Assembly (NCBI GenBank): GCA_965207375.1
Contig: OZ242274.1
Location: 1,024,001 to 1,088,000 of the forward strand
Reading direction: 5' to 3'
DNA from: Nitrosopumilaceae archaeon
GTDB taxonomy: Archaea; Thermoproteota; Nitrososphaeria; Nitrososphaerales; Nitrosopumilaceae
DNA length: 64,000 bases
Part shown: positions 41,901 through 51,378 of the stretch, piece by piece
How the letters are laid out: the number at the start of each line of letters is the position of its first letter
How positions within the stretch are numbered: position 1 is the first letter of the stretch
Translations under genes and position numbers: made by a program
The notes under the pieces: generated by a model
What the model was told of the DNA's origin: nothing
The model's input: the letters and a program-made list of their open reading frames with translations, nothing else
Databases searched by the model: none

Positions 41901-44652
41901 ATCTACAACAGTAACTGGTATAACAAACGGTGTACCATACCAGTTTAGAGTAAGTGCAACAAACGGTATAGGAACAGGCCTTGCATCTACTCCTCTTGAT
42001 TTTACCATACCTAGTACAATTGATACTGTAGCACCATCTGTGGTATTATCTACTGTATCATCTAGTCCTACATCTCTTTCATCTATACCATTTAGTATAA
42101 CATTTAGTGAGAATGTCACCGGATTTGAAGCATCAGATATTACAGTATCTTCTGGAACTGTAACGAAATTGGTTGGCTCTTTTACTGGCTTTTTTGGTGA
42201 ACTAGGCAGTAGAGACGGACAGTTTAACACCCCAAAGTCAATAGCAGTCAATAGTACCGGTCACATATTCGTACTAGAAAACCACAACAGCCGCATTCAG
42301 ATACTAGAGATAATTGACGGTGAGATACGTCATGCAGCCAATTTTGACATTACTCAATTTAATGATCCTCAAAGAATGGCAATGAACTCTACAGGCCACA
42401 TCTTTGTAACAGATGAAGGCAGTGATGGTGTCCATGTGATTGAACCATCTGGCAAGTATCTGACTACACTTGGCAGTACTAGAGGCTCTGGCGACGATCA
42501 GTTTGATAACCCAGTTGGAATTACAATAAACGGTACTGACCATATCTTTGTAGTAGATACTTTTAACGAACGTGTCAAGATACTTGATTCTTCTGGAAAA
42601 TACTTGGATCAGATTGATGATAATAGTACTGGGGACGGCAGGTTAGGTAGTGCAAGTGACATTGCAATAAACTCTACAGGTCACATCTTTGTAACAGACC
42701 CTGGGTTTGAAAGAGTTCAGATCTTCAATGCTCTAGGTCACTATGTCGGCACGTTTGGCAGTCAAGGCTCAGGTGATGGTCAATTCAATGATCCACTGGG
42801 AATAACAATAAACAGTGAAGACCAGATTTATGTGGTAGATCAGAGAAACAGCCGCGTTCAGATATTTGATAGTGCGGGAAACTATCAAAGTGAGTTTAAC
42901 GGTCCAGGTTCAGGTGATGATACGTTGAGATGGCCCACAGATATTGTGCTAGATTCTATGGGTGGCATTTATGTAACCAGTCTTACCAGTTATCAAATCT
43001 ATGTAGAACGTGACACGCACTCTTTTGAAGTACAAAATCCTGTCAATGGTAGACTTGCCGTCAGCATACCTGCAGGCTCGGTACATGATGCAGCAGGTAA
43101 CGGCAACACTGCATCAAATACGGTATCCCTGACGGTAACCGGTTCTTCTACTGTATTGCCAACTGTAACTGCACCTGGTGCACCAACTGGTCTGACTGCA
43201 ACTGTCACAAGTAACACCGCAGTCACATTATCCTGGACTGCACCAACAAATATTGGCGGCTCTGCAATTGCTAGTTATACTATACAACAAAGTATTGATG
43301 CCGGTACCACTTGGACTGCTTCTACTCCTTCAACATCTACTGGAACAACAGTTACAGTAACAGGACTCACAAACGACACACCATACAGCTTTAGAGTAAA
43401 TGCAACAAACACACAAGGAACAGGAGCAGCATCTGACGTTGTTATCGCAACACCTACTGCATCTGCACAACAGTCAACTGCACCTGGTGCACCAACCAAT
43501 CTTTTGACTACTGTAGGTGATGGTACAGTCTCATTATCTTGGACTGCTCCAACAAATACTGGAAACTCTGCCATCATCAGGTACAATATAGAACAAAGCA
43601 CAGATGGCACCACTTGGACTGCTTCGACTCCTGCTACAGCAACAGGATTGACACAGACTGTGACAGGTCTTACAAACGGTCAAGAATATCAATTTAGAGT
43701 CAGTGCCACAAATGACCAATTGACAGGTGGTTGGTCTGCAACTGTATCTGCCACACCAGCGACTGTACCAGATGCACCAATGTATCCTTCATTCTGGCTA
43801 ACAGATGATGCAACTGAAGTAAGAATATTCTGGGATGTACCTGCAAGTGACGGCGGCTCTGCAATTACAAACTATAAACCACAATACAAAATCGTATCCT
43901 CTCCTACTTGGATAGATGGTCCAACTGGACTAGCAATACCTGCAACTGTATCAGGTCTTACACCGAATCAGCATTATGAGTTTAGAGTATTTGCAGAAAA
44001 TGACATAGGAAGAAGTGACGCGTCTCAGATCACATCTATAATTCTAGTACCAAGACAGGCTACATCAGCACCTGGTGCACCAACAAACCTTTCAGCAGTA
44101 GCAGGTAATGGTATTGTTACATTATCATGGACTGCTCCAAGCACTGGTGGTTCAGCAACAGGCTACAAGGTACAGCAAAGTACTGATGGTTCCACTTGGA
44201 CTGCTTCTGCCTTTACTGTATCTGGAAATACTGCAACAGTAACGGGTCTAACAAATGATGTACAGTACAGTTTCCGAGTACTTGCAACAAACTCTGCTGG
44301 AGACAGTGTAGTATCTAATGTTGATACTGCAACACCTAGAACACAGCAAACCACAACTGTACCTGGAGCACCAACGTATCCTTCCTTCTGGCTAACAGAT
44401 GACGCAACTGAAGTCAGACTATACTGGGACGCACCAGCAGACAATGGTGGCTCTGCAATTACTGGATACAAGACACAATACAAAATCGTATCCTCTCCTA
44501 CTTGGATTGATGGTGAGACAGTAACATCAGTACCTGCAACTATATCAAACCTTACACCAGGACAGCATTATGAGTTTAGAGTATTTGCAGTAAACGTTGA
44601 AGGAGACAGTAAAGCATCTCCTGTTACATCTGGTACACTTACACCAAGATAA
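38989..44652 (+). CDS. Giant secreted protein: three NHL beta-propellers, Ig-like domains, about seven fibronectin type III domains
   Basis: Signal peptide; repeated GDGQF..P..IAVNSTGHIYV.D..N.RIQIFD; LSWTAP...GLTNG..YQFRV.A.N. Confidence 0.93.
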   Translation: MNKTHVVLLSIIVAVVTMAVSSQEANAQTVHLSTSATNGTNLDSIPFNVVFNDPAHQLQHSHIAVERGTARQDSTASTPISKMSFYIGAFNERGIGILGSGDGQFYYPRAIAVNSTGHIYVADSNNNRIQIFDLAGNYVSQFGIGAPHGMVMNDTHIHITDTANHRIQIFDNSGNYISQFGSGPGNGNGTFNSPQAIAMNSTRILVVDAENYRIQVFDHSGNYVSQFGQLGTGDHQFLRPSAIALNSTHNIFVADFLSDKIKIFNQTGHYMDSFGTGIDGPSAVFEYNDFIYVASQNNGKIIKFDQNSTGTYVDVGLGDDMRLQGILDNRKNHVAPSAIFIDESTDIVYAADGQRHQVFVDRKVWSFNVNQGTGEIKVWINTNNPTGADSNRIYLTIDKTGPIPTISSSIQEATSTKPIPFNVEFNEPMTGFEASDIVASSGTVQNFRSPIEYYDTGRTHPTDFIKGQIAVNATGYIYTTNPSWGVVEVYDPYGNHVLDFNHPIVTGLKTGFNDPQGIAINGTGYIYVTDTAHSSVHIFDPSNKHVSYFGTHGTTGSSSLGDFSRPIAIDINATGHVFVADAWNHRVQIFDPSGKYLDHIGGDGPGSGGKGTGDGQFDRTADVAVNSTGYIYVLDDRNDRVQIFDPSGNYVGKFDSAGDSSFDILRSIAIDSDDNVYVTDIGNLVSPETRNIIPDPTCEPGIPPGGTLADHIICTVRTAYENAGIHKFGPSGNYLGDLDIVGQDKIAVPSGIYFDDTDDIYVTDGGNNQIYIERDGFTFEVVNAPNGHLEITIPANSVHDAAGNGNTASTHTVNVAITPEPPTSLIAEPRNESVQLSWTAPANTYGTPITDYIIERNNGNSWITVSDGVSTDTVTTVTGLTNGVTYQFRVHAVNSIGTSLLSNVASATPNAAPTSPGIPTDLAATAGNTQVVLSWTAPDPNRSPLTDYTIQYKLTTANSWTTFNDGTVNQTSTTVTGITNGVPYQFRVSATNGIGTGLASTPLDFTIPSTIDTVAPSVVLSTVSSSPTSLSSIPFSITFSENVTGFEASDITVSSGTVTKLVGSFTGFFGELGSRDGQFNTPKSIAVNSTGHIFVLENHNSRIQILEIIDGEIRHAANFDITQFNDPQRMAMNSTGHIFVTDEGSDGVHVIEPSGKYLTTLGSTRGSGDDQFDNPVGITINGTDHIFVVDTFNERVKILDSSGKYLDQIDDNSTGDGRLGSASDIAINSTGHIFVTDPGFERVQIFNALGHYVGTFGSQGSGDGQFNDPLGITINSEDQIYVVDQRNSRVQIFDSAGNYQSEFNGPGSGDDTLRWPTDIVLDSMGGIYVTSLTSYQIYVERDTHSFEVQNPVNGRLAVSIPAGSVHDAAGNGNTASNTVSLTVTGSSTVLPTVTAPGAPTGLTATVTSNTAVTLSWTAPTNIGGSAIASYTIQQSIDAGTTWTASTPSTSTGTTVTVTGLTNDTPYSFRVNATNTQGTGAASDVVIATPTASAQQSTAPGAPTNLLTTVGDGTVSLSWTAPTNTGNSAIIRYNIEQSTDGTTWTASTPATATGLTQTVTGLTNGQEYQFRVSATNDQLTGGWSATVSATPATVPDAPMYPSFWLTDDATEVRIFWDVPASDGGSAITNYKPQYKIVSSPTWIDGPTGLAIPATVSGLTPNQHYEFRVFAENDIGRSDASQITSIILVPRQATSAPGAPTNLSAVAGNGIVTLSWTAPSTGGSATGYKVQQSTDGSTWTASAFTVSGNTATVTGLTNDVQYSFRVLATNSAGDSVVSNVDTATPRTQQTTTVPGAPTYPSFWLTDDATEVRLYWDAPADNGGSAITGYKTQYKIVSSPTWIDGETVTSVPATISNLTPGQHYEFRVFAVNVEGDSKASPVTSGTLTPR

Positions 44653-44772
44653 AATTTAATCGTGCATTGTATGCTTGATTGTAAGAATTCAATTATCCTA
44701 AAAAATTTGATCGTAAATAGTCAAAATTTAAGCACGACGTTAGCACTTGCAATTTCTCATATGCGAGTTAAT

Positions 44773-45168
44773 TCAGAATTCCTCTGTTACCTGATTTACG
44801 ATGTTTGTTGATGTGATAATGCCTATTATTTTGCCATTATCTGTGGCAGCAAGCTTTCTAATCTTTTTTGCCTTCATGATGTTTGCAGCCTTTATGATAT
44901 TTTCATTAGAGTCTATTGTGATAAGTGGCGATGAGGCTATTTTTTCTACAGGAGTCTCTAATGATTCGCAGTTGACTGCCACCTTTATTGCATAATCTCT
45001 GTCTGTAATTATACTTACAGGAGTTTCATTTTGTTTAACAAACACTGCGCCTATTCTTCCCTGCTCCATCATCTTTGCTATCTGTAGCAGTGTGGTGTCT
45101 GCTGGTACAGTTACTAGTCTTGTAGACATGACATCTCTTACCAAGATTTCATTTAGCGGCTTGCCCAT
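44773..45168 (-). CDS. CBS domain pair protein
   Basis: VRDVMS, IITDRD, GIIT. Confidence 0.9.
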   Translation of the reverse strand: MGKPLNEILVRDVMSTRLVTVPADTTLLQIAKMMEQGRIGAVFVKQNETPVSIITDRDYAIKVAVNCESLETPVEKIASSPLITIDSNENIIKAANIMKAKKIRKLAATDNGKIIGIITSTNIVNQVTEEF

Positions 45169-45202
45169 GATTTATCAAACCGGTTCTTGGTAAAAAAGGG
45201 TT

Positions 45203-45568
45203 TTATTGGTTCCAGATGGGTTGCTCTTTTAGCCATTTGATTAGGCTGTAATACAGATGACTCTTTTGTACATTTATCACCCCTATCTCTAAATTTGTAG
45301 ATGATTTTACAGTTCTTGAAAAATCTACCTGTTTTGCAAAGATGACCTTGTCTATGTACGTTTCACCTAAAATCTCCTTTTTTGCAAGCTCCTCTGAATC
45401 TGTCATTGCAAAGCTTGCAAAAAGCACACCATCTGCCCAGTATGCAATACCTGATTCCAGAGTTGACATCATGCTTATCAGATCATCAAGTGTAAGCTTT
45501 ATCGTATCTCTGACATGCACCCTTGTGTATGGCTCGTAAATAAAATCAGTCAACTGTACAATTTTCAA
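45203..45568 (-). CDS. Hypothetical protein
   Basis: 121-aa ORF. Confidence 0.75.
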   Translation of the reverse strand: MKIVQLTDFIYEPYTRVHVRDTIKLTLDDLISMMSTLESGIAYWADGVLFASFAMTDSEELAKKEILGETYIDKVIFAKQVDFSRTVKSSTNLEIGVINVQKSHLYYSLIKWLKEQPIWNQ

Positions 45569-45646
45569 CCAGTCTTTATTTAATGCAATCTTTTGCGATC
45601 ACGATAAGCAGAAATCTATTTAACCAAAAGTTACGACAATTATACC

Positions 45647-46492
45647 ATGGTAAAGGATCACCAGGCAACAATCACACATATTAGATTGCTTAGGGAGGAT
45701 ATGATGATTATTCGAATTGTTCCTGATGAGGGAGTACCGCAATATATAACGGGTCAGTTTATGACTCTTGCCCTGCCAGTAGTTGCAGAAGGATACAAAA
45801 TTGTAAGACGGGCATATTCAATTGCATCTCATCCAGAAAACAGAAACTATTTTGAGTTTGTAATCCGGTGGGTGCGAAAACCGCTTCCCGGACGCGTCAC
45901 TACAATGCTGTTTTATGCAAGCGAGGGCGACAAGATAGGCTTTGGAATGCCTACCGGCAATGCACTAACAATTGATGACACCCTGCCAACCGGCAAACCT
46001 GATAGACGCCGTATTGTATGTGTAGGCGGCGGTACCGGAATTGCACCCTTTGTTGCATTTGCAAAACATCTTAGGGCAGTCGGAGACACTAGAGAAATCA
46101 TCGTATTTCATGGTGCAAGCTATGTTGATGAGCTAAGCTATAAAGAGGAATTTACCGATCTAGAGAATCTTAGCAAAAAGGAGGGCAAAGACAGATGGAA
46201 CTTTACATATCGTGCTGCCATTAGTAGACCAAAGGAGTGGTTTAATCGTACATGGACAGGCCATACCGGGCGGGTTGAATCATTTTTCAAGCCAAAAGGA
46301 AAGGGCAAACCATCTCCATTAGAGGAGCTAGTAGGCGAGGAGGTCACCCCAGAAAACACAATGATTTACATCTGTGGATACCAGGGTACAATTGACGGGG
46401 TAATTGACTTTGTCAAGGACAAGGGATTCGTTACGCTACATGACAAAAAGCCTGATGGCAGCTATGCAGTAAAATACGAGTCATACGGCTAG
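45647..46492 (+). CDS. Ferredoxin--NADP+ reductase-like FAD/NAD oxidoreductase
   Basis: RAYSIAS, GGTGIAPF, YICG, C-terminal ESYG. Confidence 0.9.
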   Translation: MVKDHQATITHIRLLREDMMIIRIVPDEGVPQYITGQFMTLALPVVAEGYKIVRRAYSIASHPENRNYFEFVIRWVRKPLPGRVTTMLFYASEGDKIGFGMPTGNALTIDDTLPTGKPDRRRIVCVGGGTGIAPFVAFAKHLRAVGDTREIIVFHGASYVDELSYKEEFTDLENLSKKEGKDRWNFTYRAAISRPKEWFNRTWTGHTGRVESFFKPKGKGKPSPLEELVGEEVTPENTMIYICGYQGTIDGVIDFVKDKGFVTLHDKKPDGSYAVKYESYG

Positions 46493-46506
46493 ATAATTTA
46501 CAAAAA

Positions 46507-46671
46507 TCAACCCTGTTTTCTTAGGATAAACTGCATTAGTACCTCCTTGGAATACTCTATACCGTGTTCCTCATCTGTATGTCTTCCAAATTCTGCAATG
46601 ACGGTCTCAGTTTCACCCTCAGATACAAACTCACATTCAAATCCATAGTCTGCACAGCGCAACTTGGGCAT
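46507..46671 (-). CDS. DUF1059-type small metal-binding protein
   Basis: MPKLRCADYGFECEF...HTDEEHG; 54 aa, below ORF-track cutoff. Confidence 0.85.
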   Translation of the reverse strand: MPKLRCADYGFECEFVSEGETETVIAEFGRHTDEEHGIEYSKEVLMQFILRKQG

Positions 46672-46740
46672 GATTTTACGTTTAACTGTCCCAATATAAA
46701 CATCGGGTTAAATTTTTGATAGATCCAGCAAAATCACAAA

Positions 46741-47994
46741 TTAAGATTCTTTTTCAGATTTTTCTGGCACAGTTACAATATTTTCTACAACTGATTTTGT
46801 CAGCTGCTCTATAACCTTGATCTTTTCTTTGTCAATGTCTCCTAGCTGCTCTAGTGCCTTTTTTAATTCCTGCTGGCGCAGCTCGTCTACTTTGGCAAAT
46901 ACGTCTTTTGCCTTTGATACTGTATGTATCCTATTCATGGTGGCCTCTACTATGGGAACCTCCTTTACAATTGCCTTTTGTACTGCGGGGATTTTTGATT
47001 CAGATTCTCGCTGTATCTCGATGTACTGTTCCTCTATCTGGTCTCGGAACATTAGCTTTACTCCAGGACTCAATGAGACATCTTCTGCTACTGCTCTAGG
47101 ATCTGAAATGTCTATTATCATGGTTCCTGTTTTCTTTGCATCCATCTGCCTTTTTATCTGACTGTGTTGTAGTATGAAATAGTCTGCCGTAGTTGCCACA
47201 AAGACAATGTCAAATTTATCAAAACACGCAATTGCCTCCCCAAAGTCAACAGGTTCACCCTTTAGGATTTTTGAAAATCCATGCGCCCTTTGGATCTGCA
47301 TGCTTGCTATGTCAAATCCTATCTTCTTTCGATTCAATGCCTTTGCAACCCTTGCTGCAGTCTCGCCGGTACCTAATAGCAGAACCTTCTTTTTTGCATC
47401 AATTCCTGCGTTCTCATCTGCAATCTTTACTGCAATGTCTCCAATCGACCTTACATAATCACCCATTCCAGTCTCGTCTCTTATTTTGGATGATATTCTA
47501 ATTATTGTATCAAACAGCTTGTTTAACACGCTGCCAGAGTGACCTGCAGCCTTTGCGTTTGCAATTGATTCTTTGATCTGGTCTAGAATCTCTCTTTTTC
47601 CTACAACTACTGATTGCAGACCTGTTGCTAGTTTGAGCAAATTCTCATAAATTTGTCTGTCTGTGTATACCTCCATGTTCTGATCAAAGTGGTCCACCTC
47701 CCACTCTGAAAGCTCTGTATTTTCTGCCCATACTTTTTTTACTTCGTTAATTGTCAGTGCTGCGCCTTCTGGTCTTCTTGCATCTGGTACATCACCTACA
47801 TCTAAATTGGCAACTAGAAACACCTCTACTCTACTTGCAGTTTGTACAACTACGCACTCTGTCACATCGGATATTTTTTTAAATTCCCTACAAATTATAT
47901 TGATATCTTTGAACTGGTACTTTTCTAACTTGTGCATTGGAACGTTTCTAAATGTAAAACGTGCATTCATTATCTTGAAATTATTTCCAGTCAT
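46741..47994 (-). CDS. Glutamyl-tRNA reductase (HemA)-like protein lacking the catalytic Cys
   Basis: QTASRVE in place of TCNRxE; GLQSVVVGKREILDQ; GTGETA; DISDPR. Confidence 0.85.
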   Translation of the reverse strand: MTGNNFKIMNARFTFRNVPMHKLEKYQFKDINIICREFKKISDVTECVVVQTASRVEVFLVANLDVGDVPDARRPEGAALTINEVKKVWAENTELSEWEVDHFDQNMEVYTDRQIYENLLKLATGLQSVVVGKREILDQIKESIANAKAAGHSGSVLNKLFDTIIRISSKIRDETGMGDYVRSIGDIAVKIADENAGIDAKKKVLLLGTGETAARVAKALNRKKIGFDIASMQIQRAHGFSKILKGEPVDFGEAIACFDKFDIVFVATTADYFILQHSQIKRQMDAKKTGTMIIDISDPRAVAEDVSLSPGVKLMFRDQIEEQYIEIQRESESKIPAVQKAIVKEVPIVEATMNRIHTVSKAKDVFAKVDELRQQELKKALEQLGDIDKEKIKVIEQLTKSVVENIVTVPEKSEKES

Positions 47995-48003
47995 CTATGT
48001 CCC

Positions 48004-48702
48004 CTATCTTATCTTGTCTCTTCCGCCCTTTGCAGTCCTAAAAACATTCATTCCAACATAATAATTCTCATATAATGAATCCATTTTGTCAAGATCTTCT
48101 TGTGCCTTTTTGATTTCCTTTTCAGTAGATTCTGGATCCGCCCTTAATCTGTCAAGGGCCTCTTCTAACTCGTCTCTGTATGTATTTATTCCTATTTCGT
48201 AATTTGAAATTCCTCCGTATTCGGGACTGAGCATGTGTTGCGGTTTGTAATCTGGAATCTGATCCGTTGGAATCTCTACCCTTTTAGTAATTTCATCTTC
48301 CTCCTCCTTTGTCAAAATAGGTCTAGGCGGAATCAATCCTTCCTTTGTCAGCCAAAATTCAGGCTCCTCCATCTCTCGTCTAAAAATCTGTTCTCCTGCA
48401 CGCTTGTTGGTAAATTTACTGTCTGCTGTAGCAGCTGAGGCCTCTTTTGCTGCTGCCTCGTATTCTTCTTGGGCCTTTGCATCTGCTGCCGCCTTTGCCT
48501 CTGCGGCCTTTTGTGCAGCTTTTTTAGCTTGTGCCTCGGCTAGTGCTGCAACCTCTGCTGCGGTCCACTTTTGCTCAGCCGATTTTGCCTCGGGTTCTGT
48601 ACCCTCTATACTGTCAACCTTTTTGGCATCAGACACTGAAATTATCTCAAATGAGTTAAATTTTAAGGTTTTATGTTTGATTTTCTTGGCAAAGTCTTGC
48701 AA
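48004..48702 (-). CDS. Hypothetical protein with Ala/Lys-rich helical segment
   Basis: 232-aa ORF directly upstream of the hemA-like gene. Confidence 0.75.
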   Translation of the reverse strand: MQDFAKKIKHKTLKFNSFEIISVSDAKKVDSIEGTEPEAKSAEQKWTAAEVAALAEAQAKKAAQKAAEAKAAADAKAQEEYEAAAKEASAATADSKFTNKRAGEQIFRREMEEPEFWLTKEGLIPPRPILTKEEEDEITKRVEIPTDQIPDYKPQHMLSPEYGGISNYEIGINTYRDELEEALDRLRADPESTEKEIKKAQEDLDKMDSLYENYYVGMNVFRTAKGGRDKIR

Positions 48703-48769
48703 ATTTTACCTTTCTCAAATTTCCAAACCTATAGTTAATATTTAACGTAAATTGCGTGTATATAACATC

Positions 48770-48964
48770 ATGGAACAAGGCACCGTAAAATGGTTCAATC
48801 GAACTAAAGGCTTTGGTTTTATCGAAAGAGGAGAAGGACAAGAAGATCTGTTTGTTCACAAATCAAATGTTGATGGATTTCTCAGAGACGGCGATAAAGT
48901 AGAGTTTGAAGTTGGAGATGGACCAAAAGGACCAAGCGCTGTTAACGTCAAGAAAACAGAGTAA
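48770..48964 (+). CDS. cspA: Cold-shock protein
   Basis: GTVKWFN, KGFGFI, DLFVH. Confidence 0.95.
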   Translation: MEQGTVKWFNRTKGFGFIERGEGQEDLFVHKSNVDGFLRDGDKVEFEVGDGPKGPSAVNVKKTE

Positions 48965-49041
48965 AAACAATATCTAATTTAAGCATCATCAGTATCTTAA
49001 ATTATGACTCTTTTCTTTAATTAAAAATTTTACAAGCAATG

Positions 49042-49530
49042 GTAACTGTTTCGCTTTTTGAAGCTCTCTTAGATGGTCATGCGCAACATCCCCCATCATC
49101 CAATTTGACATTCCTCAGGATATGATATACAGAAATGAAATAATGCTATCTGGGGCTGTAGGAATTTCTTAGAATGTCATAAAATATAGTATCTTGAATC
49201 TTACTGGTTGCTAGTATGGTAAATAGTATGGAATTGGCCTCCATGCCTGCAGCATAACTGTTCCCTCCTCCATCGTGTCGTATTGGTACTATCAATTCGT
49301 CAAGGAATATCTGCGTGGCACTAAAAGAAATTTCCATGCCAAAAGTCACAGTTGCTGCATAAATTATCAAATGTATACCGTGTGATACACAAAATTTGAT
49401 ACTGTGTGATCATTTCTGTAATCTGCATCTGTTCTGTACTGATTCATTGTCGCAAACTGCACACGTATTTTGCATGCAGTTTCATGGATCATTTAAAAAC
49501 CAAAGTAACTTCAGAAAGTCGATCTGTTAC
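49042..49530. mobile_element. Chimeric remnant made of the 3' ends of two different IS66 elements
   Basis: 49042-~49288 matches 5173-5415; ~49288-49530 is an inverted match to 36383-36625. Confidence 0.9.
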
Positions 49531-49650
49531 ATTTTTTACACATGCAACTTTTACACTTGTACAAAGAACTATTGTATCAAGTTACTGTATCACGTTTGAA
49601 AAACCTATTTCTTGTAAACAATTAAAAAACGACTAGTAAACTAAAACCTA

Positions 49651-49983
49651 TTGCAAATTTTTCATAAAAATACCTGCATTACATGCAAAAGAGCAATATC
49701 AGAATTAGAAAGAATGAAAAAGGATCTAATTGTGCGCGATTTCTTTAAAGATCCCTTTTCAGAAAGCGAGCTTGAAAATATAATAGCCAAGGCAAAAATC
49801 AATCCACAGCAAATGTTGCGAAAAAGAGACAAGATGTATAGGGAATTGAATTTGGAAAATTCCAAAAAAACTGATTCACAATTAATTAAATTGATGATAA
49901 AACATCCGGGACTGATAAAGCGACCTATAATTGTCTCTGAAGATAAAATTATAGTTGGCAAGGCAGACCTAGAAAATCTTTAG
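49651..49983 (+). CDS. ArsC/Spx family protein
   Basis: CITCKRA, HPGLIKRPI. Confidence 0.9.
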   Translation: MQIFHKNTCITCKRAISELERMKKDLIVRDFFKDPFSESELENIIAKAKINPQQMLRKRDKMYRELNLENSKKTDSQLIKLMIKHPGLIKRPIIVSEDKIIVGKADLENL

Positions 49984-50222
49984 GAATTTTCTTGGCAGTA
50001 AATTCGAATCGCCTCTAAATGGGAACAGTTTGCTTTGAGCCCTTTTTTATGATGCATCTTGTAAAAGTTTTTGAATCCTAGGCAATCACACGAATCATGT
50101 GTGGTCATGTATGATTTTTGAGGATCACTTGAGGATTTTACCTGATACAAATCCTCATCTATTTTTACCACTCCTCCATTTTGTACTAATTTTTTGGCTT
50201 TGCGTATGGTACTAGCACTCAA
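49980..50222 (-). CDS. Stand-alone SWIM zinc-finger protein
   Basis: CDC...CSH. Confidence 0.8.
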   Translation of the reverse strand: MSASTIRKAKKLVQNGGVVKIDEDLYQVKSSSDPQKSYMTTHDSCDCLGFKNFYKMHHKKGLKANCSHLEAIRIYCQENS

Positions 50223-50322
50223 TGACTGTATTATCCTAAAACCCCTTAATTTTTCTATAGTTTAATGTCAATCACACATCGGGGCCCTACAAATATTATA
50301 ACCGATTGTTGCATTAAAATTT

Positions 50323-51378
50323 GTGGGATACAGGCGCTTTATTTCTACACGACTAGCAACAATGTTTGGGGTCTTACTTGTGACGTTGCTTATCACCACA
50401 CTTTTGGTAGGATCCAACATGGACACTATACTAAAACAGGGAGTTACAATTCAGGTAAGAACAGAAATTACAGAAAATCCTACAATTGCACAAAGCTTTG
50501 CAAATGCCAAAGAATTTGAGGCATATGTCCAAGAACAAATAGATCAAAGAACAAAGGCACTAGGACTAGACGAGCCTTGGTACTCGCCACAAAGGGTGGG
50601 GTTGACAATGTACAAAATTCTGCTTTTAGATTTTGGTCATGCCACATTTTTGACAAGTGATTCAGGCTCCTCTGATGTTAGAGACATTTTATATGAAAAA
50701 CTACCAAGAACTATTTTGTTATTTACCACTGCCACGATAATTATTTCACTGATTGGAATTTTTTTAGGAGCTCTTTCTGGAAGCAAGCCTGGCTCTAGCA
50801 TTGATAAAATTACATCTACGTTTGCAATAATTAGTTCTAGTTTTCCCGTATGGTGGATAGGCTTGTTAATGATATTTTTATTTGCATTTACATACCAAAT
50901 ATTTCCTGCAAGGGCAACGCCTTCAATACCTGCTGATGATCCAAATTATATCGTATCGCTGTTATACCATATGGCTTTACCCCTCATTACAATTGTCATG
51001 ATAGGATTTGGATCATGGGCGTATTTGGTCAGAAACTTTATGGTCGGAATCATGCAGGAGGATTTCATATCTGCAAAAAAAACAATAGGGATTGGTAAAA
51101 AAAAGATAATCTACACACATGCATTAAAAAATGCAGCACCTCCAATTGTTACAATTTTGGCACTCAGTCTGTCAGGCTCTCTTGGAGGTGCTATAATTAC
51201 AGAAGCAGTTTTTGACTGGCCCGGCATGGGTAGACTGTACTTTGAGGCAATCTCTGTGATGGATTTGCCAGTAATTATAGGTGCGACATATGTACTGACG
51301 GTATTTTTCCTAGCCAGTATTTTTATTGCTGACATTCTTTATGGCTATCTAGATCCACGTGTGAGGACCAAAAGTTGA
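50323..51378 (+). CDS. Peptide ABC transporter permease (OppB/DppB)
   Basis: LDFG, HALKNA, EAVFDWPGMG, LDPRVR. Confidence 0.93.
   Translation: MGYRRFISTRLATMFGVLLVTLLITTLLVGSNMDTILKQGVTIQVRTEITENPTIAQSFANAKEFEAYVQEQIDQRTKALGLDEPWYSPQRVGLTMYKILLLDFGHATFLTSDSGSSDVRDILYEKLPRTILLFTTATIIISLIGIFLGALSGSKPGSSIDKITSTFAIISSSFPVWWIGLLMIFLFAFTYQIFPARATPSIPADDPNYIVSLLYHMALPLITIVMIGFGSWAYLVRNFMVGIMQEDFISAKKTIGIGKKKIIYTHALKNAAPPIVTILALSLSGSLGGAIITEAVFDWPGMGRLYFEAISVMDLPVIIGATYVLTVFFLASIFIADILYGYLDPRVRTKS

Noticed and set aside
39332-44483. Many antisense ORFs opposite the giant protein and core genes
   Set aside because: Shadow ORFs caused by codon bias, with no motifs of their own
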